A stretch of DNA of 64,000 bases from Candidatus Latescibacterota bacterium (GCA_965237675.1 OZ250150.1:1536001-1600000), one strand, 5' to 3'. Numbered from the stretch's first letter, positions 1 through 12,800 are shown. Notes: a model not told the origin generated them from the sequence alone. Translations and numbers: made by a program.

Positions 1-215
1 AAGCCGAAGGCTATCCTCCCTTCGAGGACCCCGTTAAGGCCCTGCAGGCTCTGGAAGCATTCGATTACATCCTGCTGGACAACCTACCGTTTTTTCGCGA
101 GAAACTGAAGTACATCGTCCCGGTCATGAAAGCCTATCCCGAGAGTTTCAAGGTAGTGCATGTCTCGGAACCCCCTAAAACCTACGTCATCAGAATCAAA
201 AAAACGGTCCCTTAA
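1..215 (+). CDS. 3' end of an unidentified protein (partial)
   Basis: Frame 3 is open from the window edge to TAA at 213-215 (AEGYPPFEDP...KTYVIRIKKTVP*). Confidence 0.65.
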   Translation, partial: AEGYPPFEDPVKALQALEAFDYILLDNLPFFREKLKYIVPVMKAYPESFKVVHVSEPPKTYVIRIKKTVP

Positions 216-227
216 AACGGGACCGCT

Positions 228-371
228 CTGTAGGGGCGACCGGCCGGTCGCCCTGGTGTCGGCAGACAGCCAACGCCCTTCAACGTCAACCTGACTCTTC
301 GCTGTCGAGGGACGGGATCATGCCTCCCCTCCCCGTGCCGGGGAGGGGCCGGGGGAGGGGTCGCCATCCGG
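228..371 (+). repeat. 144-bp REP-containing direct repeat, left copy
   Basis: Near-identical to 1879-2022. Contains the GTAGGGGCGACCGGCCGGTCGCCC and CCCCTCCCC...GGGGAGGGG palindromes. Confidence 0.9.
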
Positions 372-491
372 TCGCCCCTACGCCGGATCTGAATCGGAGG
401 CCGCATCAGATGGAGAGTAACGGTGGTAGATTCCAATGATTCAAGAACGAAATCAGCGTTTTTGCTTACCGATGAAGACGGAGTTGAGGTA

Positions 492-941
492 TCAGAGGTC
501 GATTTCTCTAATTTGCCCATTCCGGTAAACCAGGGCTATGAATGGCGGCCTGTGTTGCTCTGCAAAACTTACGATCCTGTTCATTGCCTTGAGGATAATT
601 TCAGCCAGTTCCCGGGAAGACACATTTTTCGCAGTTATTGCGAAGAATGAAGCTCCGGAGTTCTTGATGGCCTGTTTTTCGACCTCGTTATACCTAATTT
701 TCAGATCTCGAGACAATATCAGCCAACCGCGTTCGCCGATTTCTCCCAACCACTCCGCGTCGGTCACCTCGCCTTCGGTATTGAATTCAGGAAATTCCGT
801 TACGTGGTCTCGGATTTCGAGGCCCAGATCTTTTGTGATCTGAGCCTCGCGCAATTCTCGTAACAAAACGCGACTCGACAGGTTGCGGTCAACAAATAGG
901 TGTATAGGGGATTCAGGCGGCCCGGCTGATCGCGGACTCAT
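492..941 (-). CDS. VapC45-like PIN-domain toxin (DUF5615-type)
   Basis: LFVDRNL, DAEWL and WLILSRDLKIRY motifs; overlaps the 3' end of the upstream DUF433 gene. Confidence 0.8.
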   Translation of the reverse strand: MSPRSAGPPESPIHLFVDRNLSSRVLLRELREAQITKDLGLEIRDHVTEFPEFNTEGEVTDAEWLGEIGERGWLILSRDLKIRYNEVEKQAIKNSGASFFAITAKNVSSRELAEIILKAMNRIVSFAEQHRPPFIALVYRNGQIREIDL

Positions 942-1590
942 ACCTTAGAACTTCCTCAATCTGGACGGGTGTGAGACGATAGTCCTTACACATTTCGCTG
1001 ATGGTGTCTCCCGCAACGAATCTGTCGCAAACAACCTCGGTGGCCACTCCTACGCCAGTGATAGATGGTCGACCAAACGAGACGTATGGGCTGATGAGAA
1101 CGGGACGTCTATTTGCTCTTTGCCAATTCAACCGTGGATCTATGGTGAAGGGATGAAGGCGCACTGGGCCTATCTCATCCCGGTCGATGCGATGCAAGTA
1201 AATTTGTATAAGCTCGCCCACCTCTATCTGTCTACCTCGATTAAGGTTGAACAGTTGGCCGAGTTTCTCAACGATCAGGTACTTCCCATCGGTGAAGAAT
1301 TCTTCGGTTGCCAGCGGATATTCAGCGTCTGGCCATTGATGTTGTAATTCGTTTAAAGCAATTCGAATGCGTTGCATCGAAAGACCGAATCTTCCACGAA
1401 GTGCGGACAGTACATGAGCCTCGACAAGATTCAAAAAAGACAGTTGAATTCGCGGTGCTTCAGGAAGTCCAAAAAGCCCGCTGCCCTTCAACCACGTTCT
1501 GAGTGTCCCGGGGTGCATCCTGAGAAAGCGAGCGGCTTCAGCCACTTGGTAGGTGGCTAAGAATCTGTATTTAGGATCCTTGTCGTTCAT
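913..1590 (-). CDS. VapB45-like antitoxin (HTH + DUF433)
   Basis: N-terminal YQVAEAARFL..TLRTW HTH, LSFLNLVEAHV, C-terminal DUF433 (ISPYVSFGRPSI..GV..F.AGD.I). Confidence 0.85.
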   Translation of the reverse strand: MNDKDPKYRFLATYQVAEAARFLRMHPGTLRTWLKGSGLFGLPEAPRIQLSFLNLVEAHVLSALRGRFGLSMQRIRIALNELQHQWPDAEYPLATEEFFTDGKYLIVEKLGQLFNLNRGRQIEVGELIQIYLHRIDRDEIGPVRLHPFTIDPRLNWQRANRRPVLISPYVSFGRPSITGVGVATEVVCDRFVAGDTISEMCKDYRLTPVQIEEVLRYESAISRAA

Positions 1591-1878
1591 TTCGGGGAGC
1601 CTCTCGGGAGTCGTTGTTCGTGTTCTGAAAATCGCTTATGAGTGTATCAATAGGCGACATATCGACCAGATTAAATTTGCCGAATATACCTACCCTGACG
1701 GCGCAACGCCGTACCCGTCGCATTTGGATATCCCTGCCATTTATATAATATAGAATGTTGTGGTGGTCTTGCACAAGGGATGTTTTCAATTTCCCACGTG
1801 GCGTGGCTGCGTTTCAGGATCGATATGTTTTCGTAGATTCAGAAATCACACGGCAACCGTCACCTGCCATTGGCGCTC

Positions 1879-2022
1879 CTGTAGGGGCGACCGGCCGGTC
1901 GCCCTGGTGTCGGCAGACAGCCAACGCCCTTCAACGTCACCCCGACTTTTCGCTGTCGAGGGACGGGATCATGCCCCCCCTCCCCGTGCCGGGGAGGGGC
2001 CGGGGGAGGGGTCGCCATCCGG
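1879..2022 (+). repeat. 144-bp REP-containing direct repeat, right copy
   Basis: Matches 228-371 at offset 1651. Confidence 0.9.
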
Positions 2023-2051
2023 CCGGTCGCCCCGAGGTGCTAAATAGACAG

Positions 2052-2084
2052 AAAGCCCGGCGGGATGCCCGCCGGGCTATTTTT
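2052..2084. terminator. Intrinsic terminator downstream of degP (possibly bidirectional)
   Basis: AGCCCGGCGGG-ATG-CCCGCCGGGCT hairpin with A/T tails. Confidence 0.75.
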
Positions 2085-2149
2085 GGTGTCGTGAGAATCG
2101 ATGTGGTGAGCCGCGTCGGCGCCGTGTGTGGCGATCGGCGGATGCGTTT

Positions 2150-3601
2150 CTATTCAGGTATTTTCATGGTCAGGAACAGGTTGCTCGTTCCCCGGCGGAC
2201 GAAAAAAGCGGCGTTGCGGCCCTTTTCAAGTTTGGCCAGGGAAGCCTTGAAATCAACCACGGAGCGCACCTCCAGTTCGAAACGGCCCTGGCGGATCTTG
2301 AAGATGATATCGCCCCGTCCGAAGCGGGCCCTCCCCGCCGGGCTTCTGGGGGCCACGTCCGTTACGAGAATGCCGTCCATCGCGTCTCTCAAGCCCCAGC
2401 TCTCGGCGACGTCGGGAGTGATGTCGCGCAGACTGAGGCCGTGAAGGGCGGTCGGGCCGGTCGCCGCCCTCGCCGAGGCGGTCTCGCCGAGCCTCGCGGG
2501 CTTTTCCCCCAGTTTGACCCGGAGGGGGATCGTCTTGCTCATCCGCTTGATTTCCAATGAAACGGTGTCGTCAGGGTGTTTTCGCGCAATCAGGCTCTGA
2601 ACGTGGTTGGGGCGATTGACCGGTTTGCCGTCTATACTCAAAATGATATCCTCGGTTTTCAGTCCCGCGGCATCCGCCGGCGTGTCTGAAAAAACATCGG
2701 CGATGAGTACGCCGCGGGGGCGGTCCAGGCCGAACGCATCGGCCAGGGCGGCGTCGACCTGTTTGAGGGCTACGCCGAGAAAACCCCTGCGGACCCGTCC
2801 ATCGGTGACGATATCGTCCATTACCTTTCTTGCCAGGTTGATCGGAATGGCGAAGCCGTACCCGATAAACCCCCGATCCTCCGTTGCGATCGCCGTGTTC
2901 ACGCCGATGACTTCGCCTTTGAGATTAATCAATGCGCCGCCGGAGTTGCCGGGGTTGATGGCGGCGTCGGTCTGGATGAAATCTTCCACGCCGAACGAGT
3001 TCGAGATGATATTCAGGTTGCGGCCCAGGGCGCTGACAATACCGGAGGTGACGGTGGAACGCAGGCGGAGCGGCGCGCCGACCGCCATCACCCACTCCCC
3101 GATTCGGACCTGGTCGGAGTCGCCCATAGGCGCGGCCGGGAGGTCGCTGGCGTCGATCTTGATGACCGCCACGTCCGTAAGCGAATCGGTGCCGACCAGC
3201 CGGGCTTCGAACTCCTGGTTGTCATTGAGAATGACCGTGATCTGGTCCGCTCTGCCCACGACGTGGTGGTTGGTCAGTATATATCCGTCCGCGGTCATGA
3301 TAATGCCGGAGCCGAGTCCCGGCCGTTCCTCTTTCCGGTCACGCGGCATCCGGAAATAGGGACGAAAGTAAAACCGGGGGTCCATTTCCCGGCCCGAAAC
3401 CGAAACGGTCTGCCTCGTGCCGATCGTAACCACGGTGGGCGTAATCCGCCCGGCAATGCTCGTAAAGGCTTTGTTGAGGTTCTGAAGCTGCTCAATGGCC
3501 TGGTCCTCGGATCCGATTGCGGGCGTCGTAAAGGCGCCTGCGGCGAGGAGCAGGCCCGCGAAAAGCGTCAGCCGCCGGTAGCGGATCATTTGAATCGACA
3601 T
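2150..3601 (-). CDS. degP: Do/DegQ family periplasmic serine protease with two PDZ domains
   Basis: Signal peptide; catalytic triad motifs TNHHVV, DVAVIK, QTDAAINPGNSGG; two PDZ domains. Start placed at MSIQMIR. Confidence 0.9.
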   Translation of the reverse strand: MSIQMIRYRRLTLFAGLLLAAGAFTTPAIGSEDQAIEQLQNLNKAFTSIAGRITPTVVTIGTRQTVSVSGREMDPRFYFRPYFRMPRDRKEERPGLGSGIIMTADGYILTNHHVVGRADQITVILNDNQEFEARLVGTDSLTDVAVIKIDASDLPAAPMGDSDQVRIGEWVMAVGAPLRLRSTVTSGIVSALGRNLNIISNSFGVEDFIQTDAAINPGNSGGALINLKGEVIGVNTAIATEDRGFIGYGFAIPINLARKVMDDIVTDGRVRRGFLGVALKQVDAALADAFGLDRPRGVLIADVFSDTPADAAGLKTEDIILSIDGKPVNRPNHVQSLIARKHPDDTVSLEIKRMSKTIPLRVKLGEKPARLGETASARAATGPTALHGLSLRDITPDVAESWGLRDAMDGILVTDVAPRSPAGRARFGRGDIIFKIRQGRFELEVRSVVDFKASLAKLEKGRNAAFFVRRGTSNLFLTMKIPE

Positions 3602-3819
3602 CGTGAAAAAGCCCCTTTCGTTTGTATCCTGGTTTGCTCGATATTTCGAGGATGAATCACCCGGGTTCACGGGAATTAGACCCGGAAGGCGGGGGAAAGG
3701 TTCCGAAAAACCGCCTTGAATCGGTTAGAGGTGAGACGGAAGAGGTGAGATGGGTCGGTAACGTTGCCGCATGATATCCCGCTGGGTGGTCTTAATGCTG
3801 TGCGCCGCCGGCTTCCTCT

Positions 3820-4190
3820 GGGAGCGCGGGTGTCCCGCCCGCGTGGCGCCGTCGTCTTTGCATTTGTAGGGGCAACCCTTGGGGTTGCCCTCTAGATAGC
3901 GAGGATATCGCTGTCTGAATCGCTGCAGTTAACACCCGGCAGTACGCTGTCCGTTGATTGATATGGGGTATCTGTAGGGGCGACCGGCCGGTCGCCCCTA
4001 CGCCTTGCTGCGCCCTATCTGATCCTGCCACGTCACGGCGCCGACATCCGTGAATTGATATCGCCAGGCCTTGTCGCAAACCGCCTTTAGCTGACTGCTG
4101 ATAGCTGACTGCTGATCGCTGATGGCTGGTGGCTGCGAGCGGCGTGGAGGGGTGGCCTTCTCACCTCTCCCGTCTTACTTCTTGCCGCTT
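3820..4190. repeat. REP mosaic plus GCTGAYN heptamer run
   Basis: GTAGGGGCAACCCTT..GGTTGCCC and GTAGGGGCGACCGG palindromes; AGCTGACTGCTGAT heptamers at 4089-4135. Confidence 0.8.
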
Positions 4191-4192
4191 CT

Positions 4193-5740
<1,548 letters not shown>

Positions 5741-5785
5741 GGTGAATGGATGGTTGATTCGGGTTCGTTAGCTGGAAACAGCGGG

Positions 5786-8700
5786 TCATTGCGCGCGCGG
5801 CGTGGTTTCCTGGATACTTTGCAACAGGTCCTGCAGCATCTCGATGCGTTTTCCGGCCTGAAGGCCCAGGTCGCTGGCGGCACCCTCCCGGCGCCGGATG
5901 GCCTCGAGTTCCCGGATCGCCTCCTTGAAATTCCCCAGGGCTTCGTAGCAGTTGGCCAGGCCCCAGTGTGCGCTGGCCAGCCATTGCGGCTGGCCCTGAA
6001 ACTGGTACTGGAGTTTCAGAAATTCCCGTTTCGCGCTTTCGTAGTCTCCGAGGGCGAAATGGCACTCCGCGAGCAATTGCTGAATGGCCGACCAGTCGTC
6101 TCCCTCGACGTTTTTCAGCATGGGAGTCAGCCGGGCGATTGCCAGCCGGAATTGCTTGTTGTCGTACAGCATACTTCCGATGTCGATGCGGACGTCCGCC
6201 GCAAGGCGGTGCCGGGGAAACTCTTGAACGAGCCGGTTGGCATAGGCGATCGCCGTATCGAACAGCTTCAGACGTCTGTGAACCTTCATCAGCCTGGACA
6301 GCACCTTCGGCGTTTCATCGGGCGACGGGCCGGCTTCAAGCACGTTCCGATAGGCCCTGGACGCCCTCTCAAAGTCCCCGTCGTTGTAAAGGATATCGGC
6401 CAGATCGAGGGCCGCGGCGGGCCAGTTGCGACTGCCTGAACGGGTTTTCACAAAGCCGGCGAGGGCTTCCCGGTACGCTTCCTTCCGTCCTTCCTTTTCC
6501 AGTGCCCGGACGCGATAGTAGGCGGCTTCGGCCGCGGCGTCGCCGCCGGGATGGGTCTTGACGACGCGCTCGAAAATCTGGCGGGCCTTCTTGAAATTGC
6601 CCGCGTTCAGATAGTACCTGCCCTCTTCGTTCTTGAACCGGGCGAGCCAGGTTCGGCTGTCCGCGTGGGTCTTCTTGAACCTGCCCGCGGCTTTTTTCGC
6701 CTCCTGCACGCGCTTCAGACGGAACAGGCTGAGGACTTCGCGCCCGTCAACCGACGCGTCTCTTGCGCCCGCCGGGACATTTCCAAGGGCCGCAAGCGCG
6801 TTCTGGTAGTCCTCGGCTTCGAACAGGAGGACGGCCAGGGTCGTGGCCGCTTCCGCTTTGAGCGGGCTTCCTGGATACTGTTTCGGGAACGCCCTGAAGG
6901 CGGCGACGGCTTCGGGTTTCCGGTCGAGGCCCGCCAGGAGCCGCGCCCTGGCGTACGCGAAGCTGTCCGCATCCGCGGCATTGGGAAACGCGCTCAGCAG
7001 GGTCTCGCAGGTTTCGATGGCTTCAACCGCCTGCCCGTTTGCTTGGTAGGACCGCGCCAGCCGGCGAAGTACGGAGCCGTCGGGCCCGGCCGACAGCAGT
7101 CCGGTGTCGATTTCAATGGCGCGCCGGTAGTCCCCGGCCCGGAAGGTACTCTCGGCCAACAGGGCGCGTGCGGCGCGCGCCAGTTCGGGCGGTGCGGGCC
7201 CCGCGAGAAGCTCGGCCAGGTCGTCCGCCGCGCTCCGCGCGAACCCGCGCTCCAGGAGGATGCGGCCCAGTTGATACCTGGCGTGGCCCGCCAGGTCGCT
7301 CTGCGGAAACTCGAAGAGGAAATCGCGCAGCGTTTCCTCGGCCGCGACGTAGTCTTTCTTCAGGGCCTGGCACAGCCCGATGCCGTAGGTTGCCCGTTCC
7401 GCGGCCGGGCTTTGTGGATTTGCATCCCGAATGCCGCGATAGGTTGTCGCGGCGGTATCGATACGCGAGGGTTCGAACCGGCCGAGAACGCGCATCGCGT
7501 CAGCCATGCCCAGCAGCGCGCGGTCCATCCGGTCGGAATTGGGGTAGGTGTTCCTGAATTCGCCGTATGCCGCCAGTTGCCGCCGCGCGCGCGCGGTATC
7601 GGGGGCCGCCGCGCCTGCCTGCGCCGTGTCCGGCGCGGCAGGCAGGCGGGTTACCGTTTCGATCCGCAGCAGGCCGGCGTCGTCGGCAGTTTCGCTATCG
7701 GGATGTCCGGTTTCAACTTCCCGAAGCGCCGCCAGGCCCCTTTCCCGCCAGGACGCCGCCGCTTCGGGCCGGCTTTCCAGATCCGCTCTTCGCGCCATTT
7801 TCAGGGCGCTCTCGCCCAGAAGATAGGTGGCCTCGGGAGCGAACGGCGCAGGCGGGTCGGCGGACAGCGACGCGGTGAGTTTCTCGGTGGCTTCCCGGAA
7901 TTGCCGGCGGCTGAAAAGGAACTTACCCAGAACGAACTGGGCCTGCGGATCGGCGGCGATTGCCGGGAAATTGGAGAGAAGCGCGGCCAGGTCGGCTGGC
8001 GGAACGCCCGGGCTCTCGGGCGCGAACTCCCGGAGGTACTGGATGCGGATTACGGCCTCGTCGGCGCGTTGATGGAAGCTCTGCAGGTAGGAGCGGTATT
8101 CGCGGATCGCCAGGTCCTGTCGCCCCGTTCTTTCCATAATGCGGGCGATGCCGAACTGCGCTTCGCCGGCAACGGCGGCCGGGGCCGTGTCCACCAGATC
8201 CCGGTAGGCCTCCAGCGCGAGGTCGTGCCAGCCGAGGTCGTGTTCGCAGGTGCGCGCGATGTGCAACTGTACCGCCGCCACGGCGCCGGGCGTCTCCGCC
8301 CGTTCGATATAGGACCGGTAGGACCTCAGCGCCCTGCGAGGGGCGCCGGCGGCCCGCCAGGCGTCGCCCATCTCCGCGTGCGCCTGGATGCCGGCCTCCG
8401 ATTCCGGGTAGAGCTCACGAAGGCGGCGGAACGCGTTCAGGGCCTCGCGGTATTGTCTCAGACCCGCGTGGGCGCGCCCCATACCCAGCCACGCGCGATC
8501 CAGGTAGGGGCTGGCCTCGTATACGTTGATGAACTCGGTGAAGAGCGCGAGCGCTTCCGTCGAGCGTCCCAGTTCACGATAGGCGTTGCCCAGCCCCAGG
8601 ACCGCCATCTGGCGGACCTCGCTTTTGGGCAGGCTGCCCCGGGCGAGTTCGTGGATTTCGGCCGCCCTGGCCCAGTTCCCGCGGCCTTCGAACCAGGCGG

Positions 8701-9511
8701 CCAGTTCCAGGGTGGACGCACCGGCCGCTGAACTGCGGGGATAGGCCCTTCGCAGCCTGCCGAAGACTGCTTCCGCCTCCTTGACGTCCTTCATGCCCAG
8801 GGCGATTTTGCCGATTTCGAGCAGGGCCTCCGGCGTCCGTTTGGAATTTCCAACGGGTTCGGATATCGTTTTGAACCGCTCGAGCGCCTCTTCGGGACGT
8901 CCGGCGTCGAGCAGTACGAGACCCCAGTTGTAGTTCGCCTCCGTGGCGAGGTCGGATTGCGGGTATCTCGCCACGAGTGCGCCGAATGCCTTCCCCGCGG
9001 CGTCCGGTTCCTTTCCCTTGTGGAAGTTGATTCCCGCCGCGAGCAGGTTCCGGTCGGCGTGTTGACCGCCGGCGAACCGGTCGTGCGCCTCCTGGAAGGC
9101 CGTGCCGGCCTTTGCGTATTCCGAGAGGCGCTCGAGGGCCTCGGCCTTGCGCCGCATGGCCGGGGCGGTTTCGAGGCGCCCGGGGTAGCGCACGAGAAAG
9201 TCTTCATACGCGCCGACCGCTTCCTTGTACTGTTCGTCCAGAAAATGGGCCTCTCCCAGTTGATAGAGCGTCGAGGGAAGCCGCTCGCTCGTGGGATACC
9301 TGGCGAGGAACCGCCGGAACTCCTGCGCCGCATTGGCATAATCGCGGTTGTCGAACAGGCGTTGCGCGAGTTCGAAGCTCTCGCTTTCCTCCTCGACGGC
9401 CTGTCCCGGGAGCGGCGTGGACGAGGCCGGCAGAAGACAGAGACCGAGGGCCGCGCCCGCGAGGAATCGCGGCCATGAAACCGGTTTGTGAAAAGTAGAT
9501 AAAATAGCCAT
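5786..9511 (-). CDS. Large exported tetratricopeptide repeat protein
   Basis: Signal peptide followed by many TPR units ending in YP.S/FP.S motifs. Confidence 0.85.
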   Translation of the reverse strand: MAILSTFHKPVSWPRFLAGAALGLCLLPASSTPLPGQAVEEESESFELAQRLFDNRDYANAAQEFRRFLARYPTSERLPSTLYQLGEAHFLDEQYKEAVGAYEDFLVRYPGRLETAPAMRRKAEALERLSEYAKAGTAFQEAHDRFAGGQHADRNLLAAGINFHKGKEPDAAGKAFGALVARYPQSDLATEANYNWGLVLLDAGRPEEALERFKTISEPVGNSKRTPEALLEIGKIALGMKDVKEAEAVFGRLRRAYPRSSAAGASTLELAAWFEGRGNWARAAEIHELARGSLPKSEVRQMAVLGLGNAYRELGRSTEALALFTEFINVYEASPYLDRAWLGMGRAHAGLRQYREALNAFRRLRELYPESEAGIQAHAEMGDAWRAAGAPRRALRSYRSYIERAETPGAVAAVQLHIARTCEHDLGWHDLALEAYRDLVDTAPAAVAGEAQFGIARIMERTGRQDLAIREYRSYLQSFHQRADEAVIRIQYLREFAPESPGVPPADLAALLSNFPAIAADPQAQFVLGKFLFSRRQFREATEKLTASLSADPPAPFAPEATYLLGESALKMARRADLESRPEAAASWRERGLAALREVETGHPDSETADDAGLLRIETVTRLPAAPDTAQAGAAAPDTARARRQLAAYGEFRNTYPNSDRMDRALLGMADAMRVLGRFEPSRIDTAATTYRGIRDANPQSPAAERATYGIGLCQALKKDYVAAEETLRDFLFEFPQSDLAGHARYQLGRILLERGFARSAADDLAELLAGPAPPELARAARALLAESTFRAGDYRRAIEIDTGLLSAGPDGSVLRRLARSYQANGQAVEAIETCETLLSAFPNAADADSFAYARARLLAGLDRKPEAVAAFRAFPKQYPGSPLKAEAATTLAVLLFEAEDYQNALAALGNVPAGARDASVDGREVLSLFRLKRVQEAKKAAGRFKKTHADSRTWLARFKNEEGRYYLNAGNFKKARQIFERVVKTHPGGDAAAEAAYYRVRALEKEGRKEAYREALAGFVKTRSGSRNWPAAALDLADILYNDGDFERASRAYRNVLEAGPSPDETPKVLSRLMKVHRRLKLFDTAIAYANRLVQEFPRHRLAADVRIDIGSMLYDNKQFRLAIARLTPMLKNVEGDDWSAIQQLLAECHFALGDYESAKREFLKLQYQFQGQPQWLASAHWGLANCYEALGNFKEAIRELEAIRRREGAASDLGLQAGKRIEMLQDLLQSIQETTPRAQ

Positions 9512-9839
9512 AATTTATAGAGGTTACGGATGTTTATAACGCCACCGCGCGACGCATTTCAATTTATCACATTTGCGCGGGGGCGTCAATCCCTAACTTC
9601 GATTTCGTCCGTACACGGACGCCACGGGGCGGGGCGGGCAACCGGGAAATTCGCGTGTGGGTCCGGGTCGATGCGGACTGCAAGTTTGGCAGACGGTCCC
9701 GTCTCCCGGGCGAAACGCCGCCGCGGGGAATCGGCCTGGATGCCTATCCGTCCGTCCAAATGCGATCGGGTCCCGGCCGCGCGGGCGCCGCGGATTGGCG
9801 CTTGACACAACCGCGCCGGGCGTCGTTATTGCCGAACTC

Positions 9840-12800
9840 CGAGATCCGCCGCGTAGCGCCGCTGTTGCATTTGTAGGGGCAACCCTTGTGGTTGCCCAGG
9901 TGATGGCGTTGATATCGCCCATTGATATAGCCAGGCCATATCGCTAACCGGCTTTAGCTGACCGCTGCAGGCTGATCGCTGACATCAGAGCTAAGGTGAA
10001 TTATTCGCAAAAAAGGTAGATTCGTTACTCCAAGTCATTGTATTATGGTTACGCAAATAACCTTATAGCAATGAATTTGGAAGAAACTACCGTGGGGGCT
10101 CAAGATAGTCATCACAGGATCCTTTTCTCAAGTCTATTCGGTGAAAAGTGAAGGGATTGATCATCATGGAGGACCTCTCCCCCCGGCCCCCTCTCCTGCA
10201 AGGAAAGGGGGAGTTGAACCAGGCGTTGTGCCAACACGGTTTTATATGAGCTCTGATTGAGCGGACCAACCACAATATTTCGCCGGGATTTTTTCAACAA
10301 TGGAAACGTCTTCAGCCAATCCAACGGTTCATTAACCGATCACGGTTCCCCCTTCCTCTCAGGAAGGGGGTTAGGGGGTAGGTCTCGCAGGTCTCGCCAG
10401 AGCTGTCGTTCTTCTTCTAACATGTCAGCCCGCAAACCTCACGCCGACTTCACTTTCTCGATTCACTCGGAAGCTGTTTCTGCTTCCTGAAACTGCAATC
10501 CGTGACAATTCATGAATTAATCAGATCTAAATTATTATTTTTCACGCCCTTTTTCTTGTACGCCCAAGAAAAAGGACCAAAAAGAACGGCGCCGTTCGGC
10601 ACGGGGCCGGTTTTTCCGCGAAACGTTTCAGGGGTAATAAAGGGAATTGGCTGCCCTGAGAGCCACTCAGGTGTACCAGTGCGATGGTGCTGGACGGATT
10701 AGCGCGGAAAAGCCCCGTCACCACCGCTGTTGCATTTTGCGACACCTGGAAGCGGGGGCGTAGCGCCGTCGTTTTATTTGTAGGGGCAACCCTTGTGGTT
10801 GCCCAGGTGATGGCGTTGATATCGCCCATTGATATAGCTAGGCCATATCGCTAACCGGCTTTAGCTGACCGCTGCAGGCTGATCGCTGACATCAGAGCTA
10901 AGGTGAATTATTCGCAAGAAAGGCAGTTTCGTTACTCCAAGTCATTGTATTATGGTTACGCAAATAACCTTATAGCAATGAATTTGGAAGAAACTACCGT
11001 GGGGGCTCAAGATAGTCATCACAGGATCCTTTTCTCAAGTCTTTAGCGAGGACCTCTCCCCCCGGCCCCCTCTCCTGCGAGGAGAGGGGGAGTTAAACCA
11101 GGCGTTGTGCCAACACGGTTTTATATGAGCTCTGATTGAGCGGACCAACCACAATATTTCGCCGGGATTTTTTCAACAATGGAAACGTCTTCAGCCAATC
11201 CAACGGTTCATTAACCGATCACGGTTCCCCCTTCCTCTCAGGAAGGGGGTTAGGGGGTAGGTCTCGCAGGTCTCGCCAGAGCTGTCGTTCTTCTTGTAAC
11301 ATGTCAGCCCGCAAACCTCACGCCGACTTCACTTTCTCGATTCACTCGGAAGCTGTTTCTGCTTCCTGATACCGCTATCCGTGACAATTCATGAATGAAT
11401 CAGATCTAAATTCTTGATTCTTATTTTTCCTCGCCCTTTTTCTTGTACGCCCAAGAAAAAGGGCCAAAAAGAACGGCGCCGCTCAAACGCCGCGGGGCTG
11501 CTTTTCCGCGAAACCCCTCAGTGGCGCAGACCAGCTTCGATGCCCTACGAGCGTTTGCGGAGTTCCCAGGCGACAGGCGTTGGACGGAATAGCGCGGAAA
11601 AACCCCCCACGCCACCGTTGTTGCATTTTGCGACACCTGGAAGCGCGGGTTCCCGCGCCGCCGTTGCAGTTTGTAGGGGCAACCCTTGTGGTTGCCCAGG
11701 TGATGGCGTTGATATCGCCCATTGATATCGCTAGGCCATATCGCTAACCGGCTTTAGCTGACCGCTGCAGGCGGATCGCTGACATCAGAGCTAAGCCTCT
11801 TTAATTCACACAAAAGGAAGTCTCCTTGCTCAAGTCATTGTATTCTGGCTTACTTAATTAACCTTATAACAATGAACCTGGAGCAACCTGGCGTGGAGGC
11901 TCAAGATAATCATCACAGAATCCTTTTCGCGAGTCTTTAGTGAGGACCTCTCCCCCCGGCCCCCTCTCCTGCGAGGAGAGGGGGAGTTGAACCAGGCGTT
12001 GTGCCAACACGGTTTTATATGAGCTCTGATTGAGCGGACCAACCACAATATTTCGCCTGGATTTTTTCAACAATGGAAACGTCTTCAGCCAATCCAACGG
12101 TTCATTAACCGATCGCAGTTCCCCCTTCCTCTCAGGAAGGGGGTTAGGGGGTAGGTCTCGCAGGTCTCGCCAGAGCTGTCGTTCTTCTTCTAACATGTCA
12201 GCCCGCAAACCTCACGCCGACTTCACTTTCTCGATTCACCCGGAAGCTGTTTCTGCTTCCTGAAACTGCAATCCGTGACAATTCATGAATTAATCAGATT
12301 TAAATGCTTGATTTTTCTTCGCCCTTTTTCTTGTACGCCCAAGAAAAAGGGCCAAAAAGAACGGCGCCGCTCAAACGCCGCGGGGCTGCTTTTCCGCGAA
12401 ACCCCTCAGTGGCGCAGACCAGCTTCGATGCCCTACGAGACCTTGCGGAATTTCCAGGCAATAGTGCTGGACGGAATAGCGCGGAAAAGCCCCGTCACCA
12501 CCACCGGGCGGGTTAGAGAGAAACGCGAGGGACCGGAAAAAAGAACGCCTCCCTCGCGTTCGGAAAGCAAAACGGGACTGGAACGCAAAGCCCGTCCGGA
12601 GGGCAACCAGAGCAGAGCGCGCTATTCCGTCCATCTCGGAGATCGGGTACCCGCCCTCGCTGGCAGGGCAACGGGTCGTGTGCATCCTGTGAGGAAATTC
12701 GCGCTGTGTATAAGTACGGCCCCGCGCCCAGCGGCGACTTTTAAAAGCGGTAAGAAGCAAGAGGCAAGAAGGTAGAAGGGTTAATAACTTTGTCATATGA

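Noticed and set aside
6551-8731. Long antisense ORFs (also 4763-6439, 16915-18912, 57411-58904)
   Set aside because: Shadow frames opposite well-supported GC-rich genes.
10612-10711. Integron attC interpretation of the cassettes
   Set aside because: No RYYYAAC/GTTRRRY boxes, the interior is not palindromic, and there is no integrase or ORF-cassette periodicity.
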